From: a virus
Lineage: Duplodnaviria > Caudoviricetes
DNA: 64,000 nucleotides
IMG/VR virus record: IMGVR_UViG_3300032247_001693
Span: 23,996 to 87,995 of that record
Strand: one strand, 5' to 3'
The translations under genes were made by a program, and so were the position numbers. The notes under the pieces are model-generated. The model ran no database searches and was not told where the DNA came from. It saw only the letters and a program-made list of their open reading frames with translations. This document shows positions 32,663 to 42,711 of the stretch, one piece after another. Each line of letters starts with the position of its first letter. Positions within the stretch are counted from its first letter, which is position 1.

Positions 32663-34375
32663 ATGCTACAAAATGAAAAAACCGTAAAAGATTTCGGATA
32701 CTCTATTGATAGTTTATCTGATTTTTCAAATAAAAAAATTATAGTGAATTGTGATTATTGTGACAATATAATCATCAAATCTTATAAGTCTAGAAATATT
32801 CAAAATTCTATATTAGATAAAGATTGTTGCAACTCTTGTAAATTCAAAAAAAGAGAAGAGCTATCCCTGTTAAAATATGGAGTAAAAAACTCTAGTCAGA
32901 GAAGTGAAATTAAGTCTAAATTATCTAATTATAATATTGAAGACTATAAAGATAGGATCATAGAACTAAATAGCCAAGGATACTCTATGCAAAATATCTC
33001 TTGTAAATTAAATATACCAAAAACTTCTTTAAATAGATATGTTAAAACTATACCTATTAATGTTTCTAAAAATGATATACAAAGCAAAAAAAATAAAACT
33101 TTAATTGAAAAATATGGAGAAAATTGTCAACAGTTAATGTCTGAAAAAAGAAAAAAAACAAACTTGAATAAATTTGGCTATGAGAATCCATTTCAAGATC
33201 CTAATATTAAAACTAAAATTAAAAATAATAACTTAGAAAAATTAGGAGTAGAACATCACTCTCAAGATCCTCAAAATCAAGAGAAAAAGAAAAAAACCAA
33301 CATACAAAGATACGGTCACGATAATGTTGCAAAAATACCAGAAATTCAGGCTAAAATCAAACAAACAAATCTAGAAGTCTACGGATATGAACACGCAACA
33401 CAAAATATAGATATTAAACACAAGATAGTATCTACTATGATAAAAAATGGAAATGCAAATTACTATAATAATAAAACCAGTAAAGAATGGGCAGAGCAAA
33501 CAGGATATTGTGTTAGTAGATTTAATCAGCTGGTCAATGATTATGGTTTTGAAATTGCTAGTAAAATGGAAAGAGGAAATAAATATACTTCTTTAGAGCA
33601 AAGTCTGAAATTGTTTTTAGAAGAATTAAAAACCCCCTATGAACAACAATTTCGAATTAAATATAGTAATGATAAAACATATATATCTGATTTTAAGATA
33701 AATAATTTATTAATAGAATGCGATGGTTTATACTGGCACAGCGATTCTGTTCAGAAAGATAATAAGTATCATTCTCAGAAAAAACAAGTCTATGACAACA
33801 ATAATTATGAATCTTTATTTTTTAGAGAAGACGAACTCAGAGATAAGTCAGACATAGTAAAATCAATCATATCAAATAAATTAAACTTATCAAATAGAAT
33901 TTATGCTAGAAAATGCGAAATAGTTAAACTATCAAATTTAGAAAGCGATAAATTTTTTACAGATAATCATTTAATGGGCAAAGGCAAAGGGGATACTTTT
34001 TGTCTAAAATATGAAGACCAACCAGTTTGCTGCATAAGAATTAAAAAACTAAAAGATCAGAATTATGAAATATCTAGATTTTGCAATAAAATAAATATGT
34101 CTGTAGTTGGTGGATTTAGCAAGCTATTAAATAGTGCTATAGTTCAAATCAAACCTTCATCGGTTATAACATTTATTGATAGAAGATATGGTGGAAAAGG
34201 AGATTATTTAACCAAATTGGGTTTTTCTTATATTCATACCTTTAATAGTTTTAAATGGACTGATGGACAAAATTCTTTCCATAGACTACAATTTCCGGGG
34301 AATTCTGGTTATGGTAAAAATCTATATAAAATTTGGGATTGTGGACAAGCTAAATGGGTACTTAATGTCTCTTAG
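32663..34375 (+). CDS. Hef-like/PD-(D/E)XK homing endonuclease with N-terminal DNA-binding repeats
   Basis: Repeated T.L.KYG.E...Q units; SDF...LIECDGLYWHS; IYARKC..., VVGGFSKLL, IWDCG. Confidence 0.65.
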   Translation: MLQNEKTVKDFGYSIDSLSDFSNKKIIVNCDYCDNIIIKSYKSRNIQNSILDKDCCNSCKFKKREELSLLKYGVKNSSQRSEIKSKLSNYNIEDYKDRIIELNSQGYSMQNISCKLNIPKTSLNRYVKTIPINVSKNDIQSKKNKTLIEKYGENCQQLMSEKRKKTNLNKFGYENPFQDPNIKTKIKNNNLEKLGVEHHSQDPQNQEKKKKTNIQRYGHDNVAKIPEIQAKIKQTNLEVYGYEHATQNIDIKHKIVSTMIKNGNANYYNNKTSKEWAEQTGYCVSRFNQLVNDYGFEIASKMERGNKYTSLEQSLKLFLEELKTPYEQQFRIKYSNDKTYISDFKINNLLIECDGLYWHSDSVQKDNKYHSQKKQVYDNNNYESLFFREDELRDKSDIVKSIISNKLNLSNRIYARKCEIVKLSNLESDKFFTDNHLMGKGKGDTFCLKYEDQPVCCIRIKKLKDQNYEISRFCNKINMSVVGGFSKLLNSAIVQIKPSSVITFIDRRYGGKGDYLTKLGFSYIHTFNSFKWTDGQNSFHRLQFPGNSGYGKNLYKIWDCGQAKWVLNVS

Positions 34376-34428
34376 GTGTATAACTATCATATTACCGATA
34401 AAATAAATCAAATATTAAGGCTAATACT

Positions 34429-34833
34429 ATGGCAGCAGGCAAATACGATTTTGCTATAGAGCAGGGAACATCATTTAGATTATCTTTCATATATAAAGAT
34501 AGCGATGGAAATGTTATAAATTTGACTAATTGGTGTGCTAGATTAATATGGAAAACTAATGCTAATGCTATGCAAACCTTTACTTCTACTAATATAGACT
34601 ATAGTGTTTATAAATTTACTATAGAACCCTTATTAGGAAAAGTAACCCTATTATTCCCTGCTGAAACTACCAATGATTTTGCTTTTACGAATGCTAAATA
34701 TGACTTAGAATTACAGTCTCCCGATAATTTATATGTTGGAGGAGGTAAATATACTGTAAGAATTTTATATGGAATAGTAACAATTACTAAACGATATAGT
34801 CAAAGCTCTACAGCGTTGGAGTGTCAAGTATGA
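34429..34833 (+). CDS. virion beta-sandwich protein (BppU-N-like)
   Basis: IEQG.xF...YKD..G..INLT; YDLEL; paralogous to the N-terminus of 42712-43689. Confidence 0.5.
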   Translation: MAAGKYDFAIEQGTSFRLSFIYKDSDGNVINLTNWCARLIWKTNANAMQTFTSTNIDYSVYKFTIEPLLGKVTLLFPAETTNDFAFTNAKYDLELQSPDNLYVGGGKYTVRILYGIVTITKRYSQSSTALECQV

Positions 34834-35066
34834 GTAATTTTATAGTTGAAATACTAGATCAGGGCGCTAATACTATTGAAATAGAAACTAGTTTAATTAC
34901 TAATGATAATAATATAGAGATTCAAAATTATACAGCTTATATTATAGATATTATAAATGTAGATAAAGTATTGGCTTCAGATATATTAGACGATATTCCA
35001 GTTACTAAAATAGATGGGCTAGATAATTATTTAGACTATTACGAATTTGATTGCGGAACACCATAA
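34830..35066 (+). CDS. small acidic virion-module protein
   Basis: ORF ending DCGTP. Confidence 0.55.
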   Translation: MSNFIVEILDQGANTIEIETSLITNDNNIEIQNYTAYIIDIINVDKVLASDILDDIPVTKIDGLDNYLDYYEFDCGTP

Positions 35067-35084
35067 AAATATGTGGAGAATAAA

Positions 35085-36071
35085 ATGCCAGTTCAAACTA
35101 GAATTCAAATAAGAAGAGGCACTAGCGCCCAGTGGACAGCATCAACCGATGCTCTTAGTTCTGGAGAAATAGGCTATGATACCACATTAAAAAAAATAAA
35201 ACTGGGAGATGGTAGTACATTATTTAATAGTTTGCCTTGGTTGAGCGTTTTACCGTCCGGAGCGGGCGGTTTATCTGGTACTAGCGGAATATATTTAATT
35301 GGCGATTCTTCTGGAGGAGTCTTAATTAGTTTAACAGGATTAAAGATTGGCTCAGATATCCAAGCTTATGACGCTGGATTAAATAGTATAGCTAATCTAA
35401 ATACAGTTAGTGGAAATTATATTTATACTACTGGAACAGACGCTTATACTACAGGAACTATAACAGCTTTTGCCCGAAATCTTTTAGCAGCAGCAGATGC
35501 AGCAGCATCAAGAGTTTCTCTTGGTTTGGGAACTATAGCTACCGAACCTAGTGGTAATTACGCTTTAACTTCTCATACTCATCTATGGTCAAATATCTCT
35601 GATGCTTCCTCAAGAGCAACATTAACAGAATTAAGTTATTTATCAGGAGTTAGCCCCGGAGTTGGTTCTGGTACTAGGGCCGTTGTACTAGATTCTAATA
35701 AAGACTTTTCCGGTATTAGAAACTTAACTATGACGGGGGATTTAACAGTTCAAAATTTGAATGTTAATGGAACCACCACTACTGTTAATAGTACAACGGT
35801 AAATATTGGAGATAATATTATTAGGGTTAATACTAGTGGATTAACTACTGGAGGTATTGAAGTTTACACCCCATCCTCAACTGTACAATCTTTATTATGG
35901 AATAATCCTAATAATAGATGGGAATTTACTGGTGGAAATGTTTATACTAGTGGATATTTCTTAAGTTCTATTAGTGGTGGAACCGCAGTATCATTATCTT
36001 ATATAAGCGGAGTTAGTGCTGCTAGTCCAACGTATTTGTATAATTGCGCTATTGATGGAGGATCTCCTTGA
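35085..36071 (+). CDS. tail/capsid fibre protein with Mtd-N-like domain
   Basis: IQIRRGTSAQW...L.SGEIGYDT...KLGDG...NSL. Confidence 0.7.
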   Translation: MPVQTRIQIRRGTSAQWTASTDALSSGEIGYDTTLKKIKLGDGSTLFNSLPWLSVLPSGAGGLSGTSGIYLIGDSSGGVLISLTGLKIGSDIQAYDAGLNSIANLNTVSGNYIYTTGTDAYTTGTITAFARNLLAAADAAASRVSLGLGTIATEPSGNYALTSHTHLWSNISDASSRATLTELSYLSGVSPGVGSGTRAVVLDSNKDFSGIRNLTMTGDLTVQNLNVNGTTTTVNSTTVNIGDNIIRVNTSGLTTGGIEVYTPSSTVQSLLWNNPNNRWEFTGGNVYTSGYFLSSISGGTAVSLSYISGVSAASPTYLYNCAIDGGSP

Positions 36072-36117
36072 CATAAAAGGATAATAATTTATATCAAATA
36101 TATAGGAGAGGATATTA

Positions 36118-37122
36118 ATGCCAATTAATGATTTAATTCAATTAAGAAAAGGAACTAGTTCTCAGTGGAGTTCTAGTAATCCAATATTAGCTAGTGGAGA
36201 ACCAGGATATGATGTTACTGGTAAAGTTCTAAAGATAGGAGATGGAGTTACGGCTTGGAATAGTTTAAGCGGAATATCTTCTTCTGCTGGAGGATCGAAT
36301 TATGATCCTGCTAATGTTAATATTACTGGTGGATCTATCAACGCTACTAATATAGGATTATCAACAGCAGGTACTGGTAATTTTAGTAGTTTAAAAGTAA
36401 ATAATACTGAGGTTAGTTTAAGTGGACATATTCATTCTACTGGAGATATAACGGGATTATACTCTGCTATTACCGGATCTATTTCTACATCATTATCTGG
36501 GGTTTCTGGTATTCAGTTATCCTATAATAGTAGTACTGATACATTATTTATTGGAACAACAGGATTACAGCCTAGCGGGAATTATGCAGCGTCGGTTCAT
36601 ACTCACACCTCAAGCAACATTACCGACTTTAACAGCAGTGTTAGTGGACTAGTTAATGGTATTTACGCTCCGTTATCTGGGGCGTCTTTTAGCGGAGCCA
36701 TTTCTTCAACTAGCGGAAACTTTAACGCTTTAACGGTTACTGGCATTCCAGTTAGTATCAGCGGACATTCACACTTGTCAACAGATATTTCCGATAGTAC
36801 AACTGTTGGACGAGCATTATTAACTTCAGCAAATGCAACTGCTCAAAGAACATCTTTGGGATTAGGAACGATAGTAACATATAATAGTGGAGACTATTCT
36901 TTAATTTCACATTCTCTATCTATAGGTAGTGGAAATAATAATATTGCTATAAGTTATCCAGCAACCGGAGTATTAAATATAGTTGGTAGCGGAGGAACTA
37001 GTTTAATTTATGATAATATTTTAAAACTATTAACAATAGCTAGTAGTGGAACTTCTTCAGTATCTAGCGGCCCCGTTAGCTCAGTAGGATCAGATTTATT
37101 TTTATGGTCAAATTTCAGATAA
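36118..37122 (+). CDS. second fibre protein with Mtd-N-like domain
   Basis: IQLRKGTSSQW.S.NPILASGEPG...KIGDG.TAWNSL; HxH motifs. Confidence 0.7.
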   Translation: MPINDLIQLRKGTSSQWSSSNPILASGEPGYDVTGKVLKIGDGVTAWNSLSGISSSAGGSNYDPANVNITGGSINATNIGLSTAGTGNFSSLKVNNTEVSLSGHIHSTGDITGLYSAITGSISTSLSGVSGIQLSYNSSTDTLFIGTTGLQPSGNYAASVHTHTSSNITDFNSSVSGLVNGIYAPLSGASFSGAISSTSGNFNALTVTGIPVSISGHSHLSTDISDSTTVGRALLTSANATAQRTSLGLGTIVTYNSGDYSLISHSLSIGSGNNNIAISYPATGVLNIVGSGGTSLIYDNILKLLTIASSGTSSVSSGPVSSVGSDLFLWSNFR

Positions 37123-37140
37123 AAGATAAAGGAGAATATT

Positions 37141-37551
37141 ATGGCAAGTAGTCCAGCTTTTGCAACAGGTCCGAGAATAGGATTTGTTCAAGTTACCGGT
37201 GCTAGTGCAGGAGTTAGAGATGGAACAGGATTAACATCTAATGCTGTTACATTATTAATAGGTGGAGTTAGCGGTACAAGAATAGCTGAAATATCAGCAC
37301 AGGCAGCAGTTACAACTACTGCTGGTATGGTAAGAATTTTTGTTAGTGGCGTTGATACCACAGGAGCTAGTACAGTTAGAATGTGGGATGAATTAACGAT
37401 AGCGGCTGTTACTCCAGCAGCAGGAACAATAGCAGCAAGAACTACAAAACTGTATAATAATTTAGTATTACCAAATACCAACTGGAGATTAGTTGCAACA
37501 ACAGAAGTTGCCAATGCTATTAACGTATTTGCAATGGGAGCAGATTTGTGA
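37141..37551 (+). CDS. hypothetical virion protein
   Basis: ORF, GGAG RBS. Confidence 0.55.
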   Translation: MASSPAFATGPRIGFVQVTGASAGVRDGTGLTSNAVTLLIGGVSGTRIAEISAQAAVTTTAGMVRIFVSGVDTTGASTVRMWDELTIAAVTPAAGTIAARTTKLYNNLVLPNTNWRLVATTEVANAINVFAMGADL

Positions 37552-40500
37552 ATAATGGGATTTTTAATATAAAAGAAGGATCTAATGCTAGTATTAATGG
37601 CGGACTAGTTAGTATGCCTCTTGATACTAATGGTGGAGCTTCAGTTTTTCCAACTCCATATGGTTTGAGTGCTAGTAATCCTGATGAAGACTTTGTAGTA
37701 ATGATTGATACAACAATTAATGCTACAACAGCTAGTCCAACAACATTAATCCTTCCTATTACAGCGGGAGCAACTGTTGATTGTACAGTATTTTGGGGAG
37801 ATGGAACTAGCGATTACTATAATACTTCTGGAGATAAAACTCACACTTATGGTGGTCATGGGACTTATATTATTAGAATAAGGAGGACTTTATCCTCTCT
37901 TGGAGATACAGCGGGTAGTGTCGGTTTAAACAGTTTGGGGTCTAAAACTATTAAAATCTTGAGTTTTGGAAACATAGGACTGAATAGTATTAATAATGCA
38001 TTTGGTGGATATTATAGTACTGGAACAAAATCTTATATTCTTCCACTAATCGATATTCCATTATATCTGCCGTCTGGATTAACGAATTTAAATGCTCTAT
38101 TTAGTTTCTGGGGTAGCGCTGCTGCTCAAAGCCCGTTAGCGATAAATACATATTTCCCACCATCTTTATACTCTTCCTCTTCTCAAAGAATAGCGGCAGC
38201 TATAAAAGGTTGGAATACCAGCAACGTAACAAATATGGGGAGTTTATTTTTTGGAAATACAGCACTATTAAATTCAATAAGTAGTATGAACGCTATTAGT
38301 AATTGGGACACTAGTAGTGTTACCGATATGAGTTATATGTTTTTTCTAAATTTTAGTTATCAAGGTCAAGGTGGGATTGCTCCCGACGTATCAAAGTGGA
38401 ATGTTAGTAAAGTTACGAATTTTTTCAATATGTTTGGTTATGCTAGTTTTACAAATCAAGATTTTAGTAATTGGGATACTAGTAGTGCAATCAATATGGG
38501 TAGTATGCTTGGACCAACAAACTTTAATAATGCTGGAAGTATTACAGGAGGTATTGCTTTATGGAATGTTGGTAATGTAACCACTATGGCTTCAATTTTT
38601 CGTAATAATACTCATAATGCTAATCTTAGTAATTGGAATGTGGGGAAAGTTACAACATTTGATAATATGTTTTTAAGTTGCTCTTCTTGGAATAACGGCG
38701 GAAGCTCTGGTATAAATGGATGGAATACTAGCTCTGCTATTAATATGAATAATATGTTTAATGGGGCAAGTATTTTTAATCAACCTATAGGAAATTGGCA
38801 AGTTAGTGGTGTTACTAATATGAGTTCTATGTTTTCGAATACTAATAATTTTAATAATGGTAATAATCCTAATATTAGTGGATGGAATACTAGTAATGTA
38901 ACTGATATGAATAGTATGTTTGTAAATGCTAACAGTTTTAATCAACCTATAGGGTCTTGGAATGTTGGTAACGTTATTAGTATGAATAATATGTTTAATA
39001 CGAGTATTAATATAAATGCATTTAATCAAGATATAGGCTCTTGGGATGTTGGTAAAGTTCAAAATATGTTCAGGATGTTCTACGGTCTTTTTGGTGTTTT
39101 GGGTCGTAATTCATTTAATAATGGAGGATCAAGCAGTATTAGTGGATGGAATACTAGTAGCGTAACAAATATGAGTGATATGTTTAATGGAGCATATAAT
39201 TTTAATCAACCTATTGGTAGCTGGAATACTGGTAAAGTAAATACTATGAGTACTATGCTTGCTAATTGTACTGGCTTTAATCAAAATATTGGTTCTTGGA
39301 ATGTTAGTGGAGTTACTACTTTTAATAGTATGTTTGCTGGTCCTACTACAGGATCTTTATTTAATAATGGAGATAGTTCTAGTATTAGTGGATGGAATAC
39401 AGTTAGTGCTACTAACATGGCTAGTATGTTTAGTTTTTGTACTGGATTTAACCAACCTATCAACTCATGGAATACATCCAAAGTCACCGATATGAATAGT
39501 ATGTTTAGTAATGCTAGTGGATTTAATCAAAGTGTTAGTTCTTGGAATGTTAGTGGAGTAACTAATTTTAGTAATATGTTTTTTAATGCTAGAGCTTTTA
39601 ATAATGCTGCTGATACTGGAATAGGAAATTGGAATACTGGTAGAGCAACTACTATGAGTAATATGTTTAACTATACATTATTTAATCGAAATATAGGAAA
39701 TTGGAATGTTAGTGGAGTTACTGATTTTACTTATATGTTTAATCAAACAAATTTTACCAATGGTGGATCAGCTAGTATCAGTGGCTGGAATACAAGTAGC
39801 GCTACTGGTATGATTGGTATGTTTAGAGGACCAGGAAACGGTTTTAATCAACCAATAGGTTCTTGGAATGTTAGTAAAGTAACAGATTTTAGTCTTATGT
39901 TTAATAGTAATGGAACATTTAATCAACCTCTTAGTGGTTGGAATACTTCTAGTGCCACCAATATGAATGCTATGTTTACTACTGCTTCAGCATTTAATCA
40001 AGATATAGGAAATTGGAATGTTAGTGGTGTTACCAATATGTCTAGTATGTTTTTTAATGCTACAGCTTTTAATAATGGAGGAAGTTCTAGTATTAGCGGA
40101 TGGAATACTAGTAATGTTACCACTATGGCTAATATGTTTATTTCTGCAAACTCTTTTAATCAGCCTATAGGAAGTTGGAATACTAGTAATGTTAATATTA
40201 TGAATATTATGTTTAGCGGAGCTTCTATTTTTAATCAAAATATTGGAACTTGGCAAGTTAGTGGCGTTAATAGTATGAATGGTATGTTTATGAGTGCTAC
40301 AGCTTTTAATAATGGAGGAAGTTCTAGTATTAGCGGGTGGAATACAAGAAGTGTTACTAATATGGGTAATATGTTTTTTGGCGCCACAGGATTTAACCAA
40401 CCCGTAAGTTATTGGAATGTTACCGGCGTAACTACTATGGCTAATATGTTTGTAAATGCTAGCAGTTTTAATCAAACTTTAAGTGGATGGAACTTATGTA

Positions 40501-40751
40501 ATATTGCTGTTGGAGGAGGCATAACTTTGAGCGGTACTTCTATGGCATTTTCTACTGCAAATTACGACAATACTTTAATAGATTGGAATAATAGAAAATC
40601 TGTTGGTGTTAATGGAGTTAAAAATTGGAATGTGGGAGTTACTCATAATTTTGGAACCACAAGATGTTCTTTTGCTGGTGGTGGAGCAGCAGCTAGAAGC
40701 GGATTAATAACATATGGTATAACAATCACGGATGGGGGAACACCATTATGA
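37548..40751 (+). CDS. DUF285/BspA-type leucine-rich-repeat protein
   Basis: Many FNQPIGSWNTSxVTxMxxMF repeats; N-terminal V.WGDGT (PKD-like) segment. Confidence 0.85.
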   Translation: MNNGIFNIKEGSNASINGGLVSMPLDTNGGASVFPTPYGLSASNPDEDFVVMIDTTINATTASPTTLILPITAGATVDCTVFWGDGTSDYYNTSGDKTHTYGGHGTYIIRIRRTLSSLGDTAGSVGLNSLGSKTIKILSFGNIGLNSINNAFGGYYSTGTKSYILPLIDIPLYLPSGLTNLNALFSFWGSAAAQSPLAINTYFPPSLYSSSSQRIAAAIKGWNTSNVTNMGSLFFGNTALLNSISSMNAISNWDTSSVTDMSYMFFLNFSYQGQGGIAPDVSKWNVSKVTNFFNMFGYASFTNQDFSNWDTSSAINMGSMLGPTNFNNAGSITGGIALWNVGNVTTMASIFRNNTHNANLSNWNVGKVTTFDNMFLSCSSWNNGGSSGINGWNTSSAINMNNMFNGASIFNQPIGNWQVSGVTNMSSMFSNTNNFNNGNNPNISGWNTSNVTDMNSMFVNANSFNQPIGSWNVGNVISMNNMFNTSININAFNQDIGSWDVGKVQNMFRMFYGLFGVLGRNSFNNGGSSSISGWNTSSVTNMSDMFNGAYNFNQPIGSWNTGKVNTMSTMLANCTGFNQNIGSWNVSGVTTFNSMFAGPTTGSLFNNGDSSSISGWNTVSATNMASMFSFCTGFNQPINSWNTSKVTDMNSMFSNASGFNQSVSSWNVSGVTNFSNMFFNARAFNNAADTGIGNWNTGRATTMSNMFNYTLFNRNIGNWNVSGVTDFTYMFNQTNFTNGGSASISGWNTSSATGMIGMFRGPGNGFNQPIGSWNVSKVTDFSLMFNSNGTFNQPLSGWNTSSATNMNAMFTTASAFNQDIGNWNVSGVTNMSSMFFNATAFNNGGSSSISGWNTSNVTTMANMFISANSFNQPIGSWNTSNVNIMNIMFSGASIFNQNIGTWQVSGVNSMNGMFMSATAFNNGGSSSISGWNTRSVTNMGNMFFGATGFNQPVSYWNVTGVTTMANMFVNASSFNQTLSGWNLCNIAVGGGITLSGTSMAFSTANYDNTLIDWNNRKSVGVNGVKNWNVGVTHNFGTTRCSFAGGGAAARSGLITYGITITDGGTPL

Positions 40752-40993
40752 TAGTAGTTCAAAATCCTACTAATACTACTTATTGGATTTTAAAAATAAA
40801 CGATATATATATTAATGGAATTACAGAAATAAATCAAACTACAGAAACTACTGATATTGCTACTATAGAATATTTGGGCGAAGATGAGATTGAATATAAT
40901 AATAAACTTATAGAGTTTGGATTAGTATCTCCAGAAGTTATTCCAGAAATAATGCCAGAAATTATAATAGAAACTCCTAATGAAAATAATTAA
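40748..40993 (+). CDS. hypothetical protein
   Basis: ORF coupled to upstream gene. Confidence 0.55.
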   Translation: MIVVQNPTNTTYWILKINDIYINGITEINQTTETTDIATIEYLGEDEIEYNNKLIEFGLVSPEVIPEIMPEIIIETPNENN

Positions 40994-40995
40994 TT

Positions 40996-41862
40996 ATGGC
41001 AATATTTTATATACAAAATAATAATGGAAACTTTAAACTTATTGGAAGCAAGATAAGAACTGATCTTCAGATAACCCCTAGTCCTACTCCTACCAATACG
41101 GTTACTCCTACTCTTTCTATAAGTCCAAGTATTACTCCTTCGATAACACCCACAATCTCAATTACTCCTAGCGTAACAACGTCAGTTACCCCAACTGTCA
41201 CGCCCACAATCTCGGTAACGCCTAGCGTAACAGCGTCAGTCACCCCAACTGTCACGCCCACAATCTCAATTACTCCTAGCGTAACAGCGTCAATTACCCC
41301 GACTAGAACTCCAACTATCTCGTTAACGCCTAGCATAACAGCGTCAGTCACCCCCACAATCTCGGTAACGCCTAGCGTAACAGCGTCAGTCACCCCAACT
41401 GTCACGCCCACAATTTCGATTAGCCCCAGTATAACTCCTTCCATTACTCCAACTAAAACAACAACCCCCACACCCAGTAGTAGTACCCCCGGAGTATTAT
41501 TCAATTCCCCAAATAATGCTTGGACCGCCGGATCATTAACAGGAAATGGTTCCATTAGTACCCCATTCGCCTCATCTTCATTTTTAACTTCAGGAGGAAC
41601 TTTCACAGCAGCATCGATCACCTGTATAAATTCCGGAGTTATTCATATCACAGCATCATCAGTTACTTCTGATGCTCAAGTTAATATTTATAAAAATGGA
41701 ACTAATGTATATAGTAGTTATTACGATCCTATAAATGGCGTTACAGTAAATAGTTTAAATATTACCTTTACTTCTATAACTAATAATTTTGTTATTAAAC
41801 TTGGTGACGATAATGACTATACTACTTTTAATACTTTCAGAATGTGGTGGACAGCAACATAA
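40996..41862 (+). CDS. protein with long Ser/Thr/Pro/Val repeat stalk
   Basis: Tandem (S/T)VTP(S/T) repeats at about 41070-41480. Confidence 0.75.
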   Translation: MAIFYIQNNNGNFKLIGSKIRTDLQITPSPTPTNTVTPTLSISPSITPSITPTISITPSVTTSVTPTVTPTISVTPSVTASVTPTVTPTISITPSVTASITPTRTPTISLTPSITASVTPTISVTPSVTASVTPTVTPTISISPSITPSITPTKTTTPTPSSSTPGVLFNSPNNAWTAGSLTGNGSISTPFASSSFLTSGGTFTAASITCINSGVIHITASSVTSDAQVNIYKNGTNVYSSYYDPINGVTVNSLNITFTSITNNFVIKLGDDNDYTTFNTFRMWWTAT

Positions 41863-41877
41863 TATTATGGAGAAAAT

Positions 41878-42099
41878 ATGATAACAATACAAAAAACAGA
41901 AATTTGTGCTAATGGTCTAATTTATGTAAGATTTTCAGATATAGTATCTACTCCTAGTGGAGATATTACTATTAATCAAAGAATTAAATTTGAACCAGGA
42001 ATTTATCCTCCACCCACTTTTAATGATGCTTTTCAAATAGCTAAATTATTATGGACTCCAACTATAATACAATCTTATATTCAAAATAAAAAAATATAG
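41878..42099 (+). CDS. hypothetical protein
   Basis: GGAG RBS. Confidence 0.55.
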   Translation: MITIQKTEICANGLIYVRFSDIVSTPSGDITINQRIKFEPGIYPPPTFNDAFQIAKLLWTPTIIQSYIQNKKI

Positions 42100-42168
42100 A
42101 TAAAAAATAAGGCTAATGTCAGTGGTGTATTAAGTTACTATACATCCCAAATATAAAAGAGGCTAATT

Positions 42169-42690
42169 ATGAGCTGGCAAATGGAAATCCCTATTATAGT
42201 AAGAGCATTAGTTAATGATCTTTCTGACCAACCAGTTTATAGTGATGAAAGACTTCAACAAACTATAGCTATTGCCGCTCAATATGTAGAGTTCGATGTT
42301 GTACTAGATAATAAGTATGTAGTGGATATAGTTAATCCTAACATAATTCCTGATCCAACAACTTTAGATATTAAAGATACTATTTTTATTAGTTTAGTAA
42401 GCTTAAAAGCAGCATGTATTATAGATCAAAGTACATTCCGAACAAAAGCAGCAATGGAGGGTATAAAAGCTTCATTAGGATCAGCCAGTTTAAGTGTTGG
42501 TGGTAGTTTAGCAGGATGGAGAACTATACTAGAAGTGGGGCCTTGTGCTTTATATGCGTCCCTAACGGAGCATTGGGACGTTCAGAACGCTACTGCTATT
42601 GCTTCTATCCTTAGTCCGTTCGTTGGTAATCACTTTGATCCTACCAATCTTACTTATCCCGGAGATAGAAGAAGAGATATTTATAGTTAA
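42169..42690 (+). CDS. putative head-tail adaptor
   Basis: Position, helical, VR.LxND....YSDE.L. Confidence 0.5.
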   Translation: MSWQMEIPIIVRALVNDLSDQPVYSDERLQQTIAIAAQYVEFDVVLDNKYVVDIVNPNIIPDPTTLDIKDTIFISLVSLKAACIIDQSTFRTKAAMEGIKASLGSASLSVGGSLAGWRTILEVGPCALYASLTEHWDVQNATAIASILSPFVGNHFDPTNLTYPGDRRRDIYS

Positions 42691-42711
42691 TCTACAACAT
42701 AAGGATTTAAT

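Noticed and set aside
35085-40751. Diversity-generating retroelement targeting the fibre genes
   Set aside because: Mtd-N-like domains alone are not evidence; no reverse transcriptase and no TR/VR pair differing at adenines was seen in the window.
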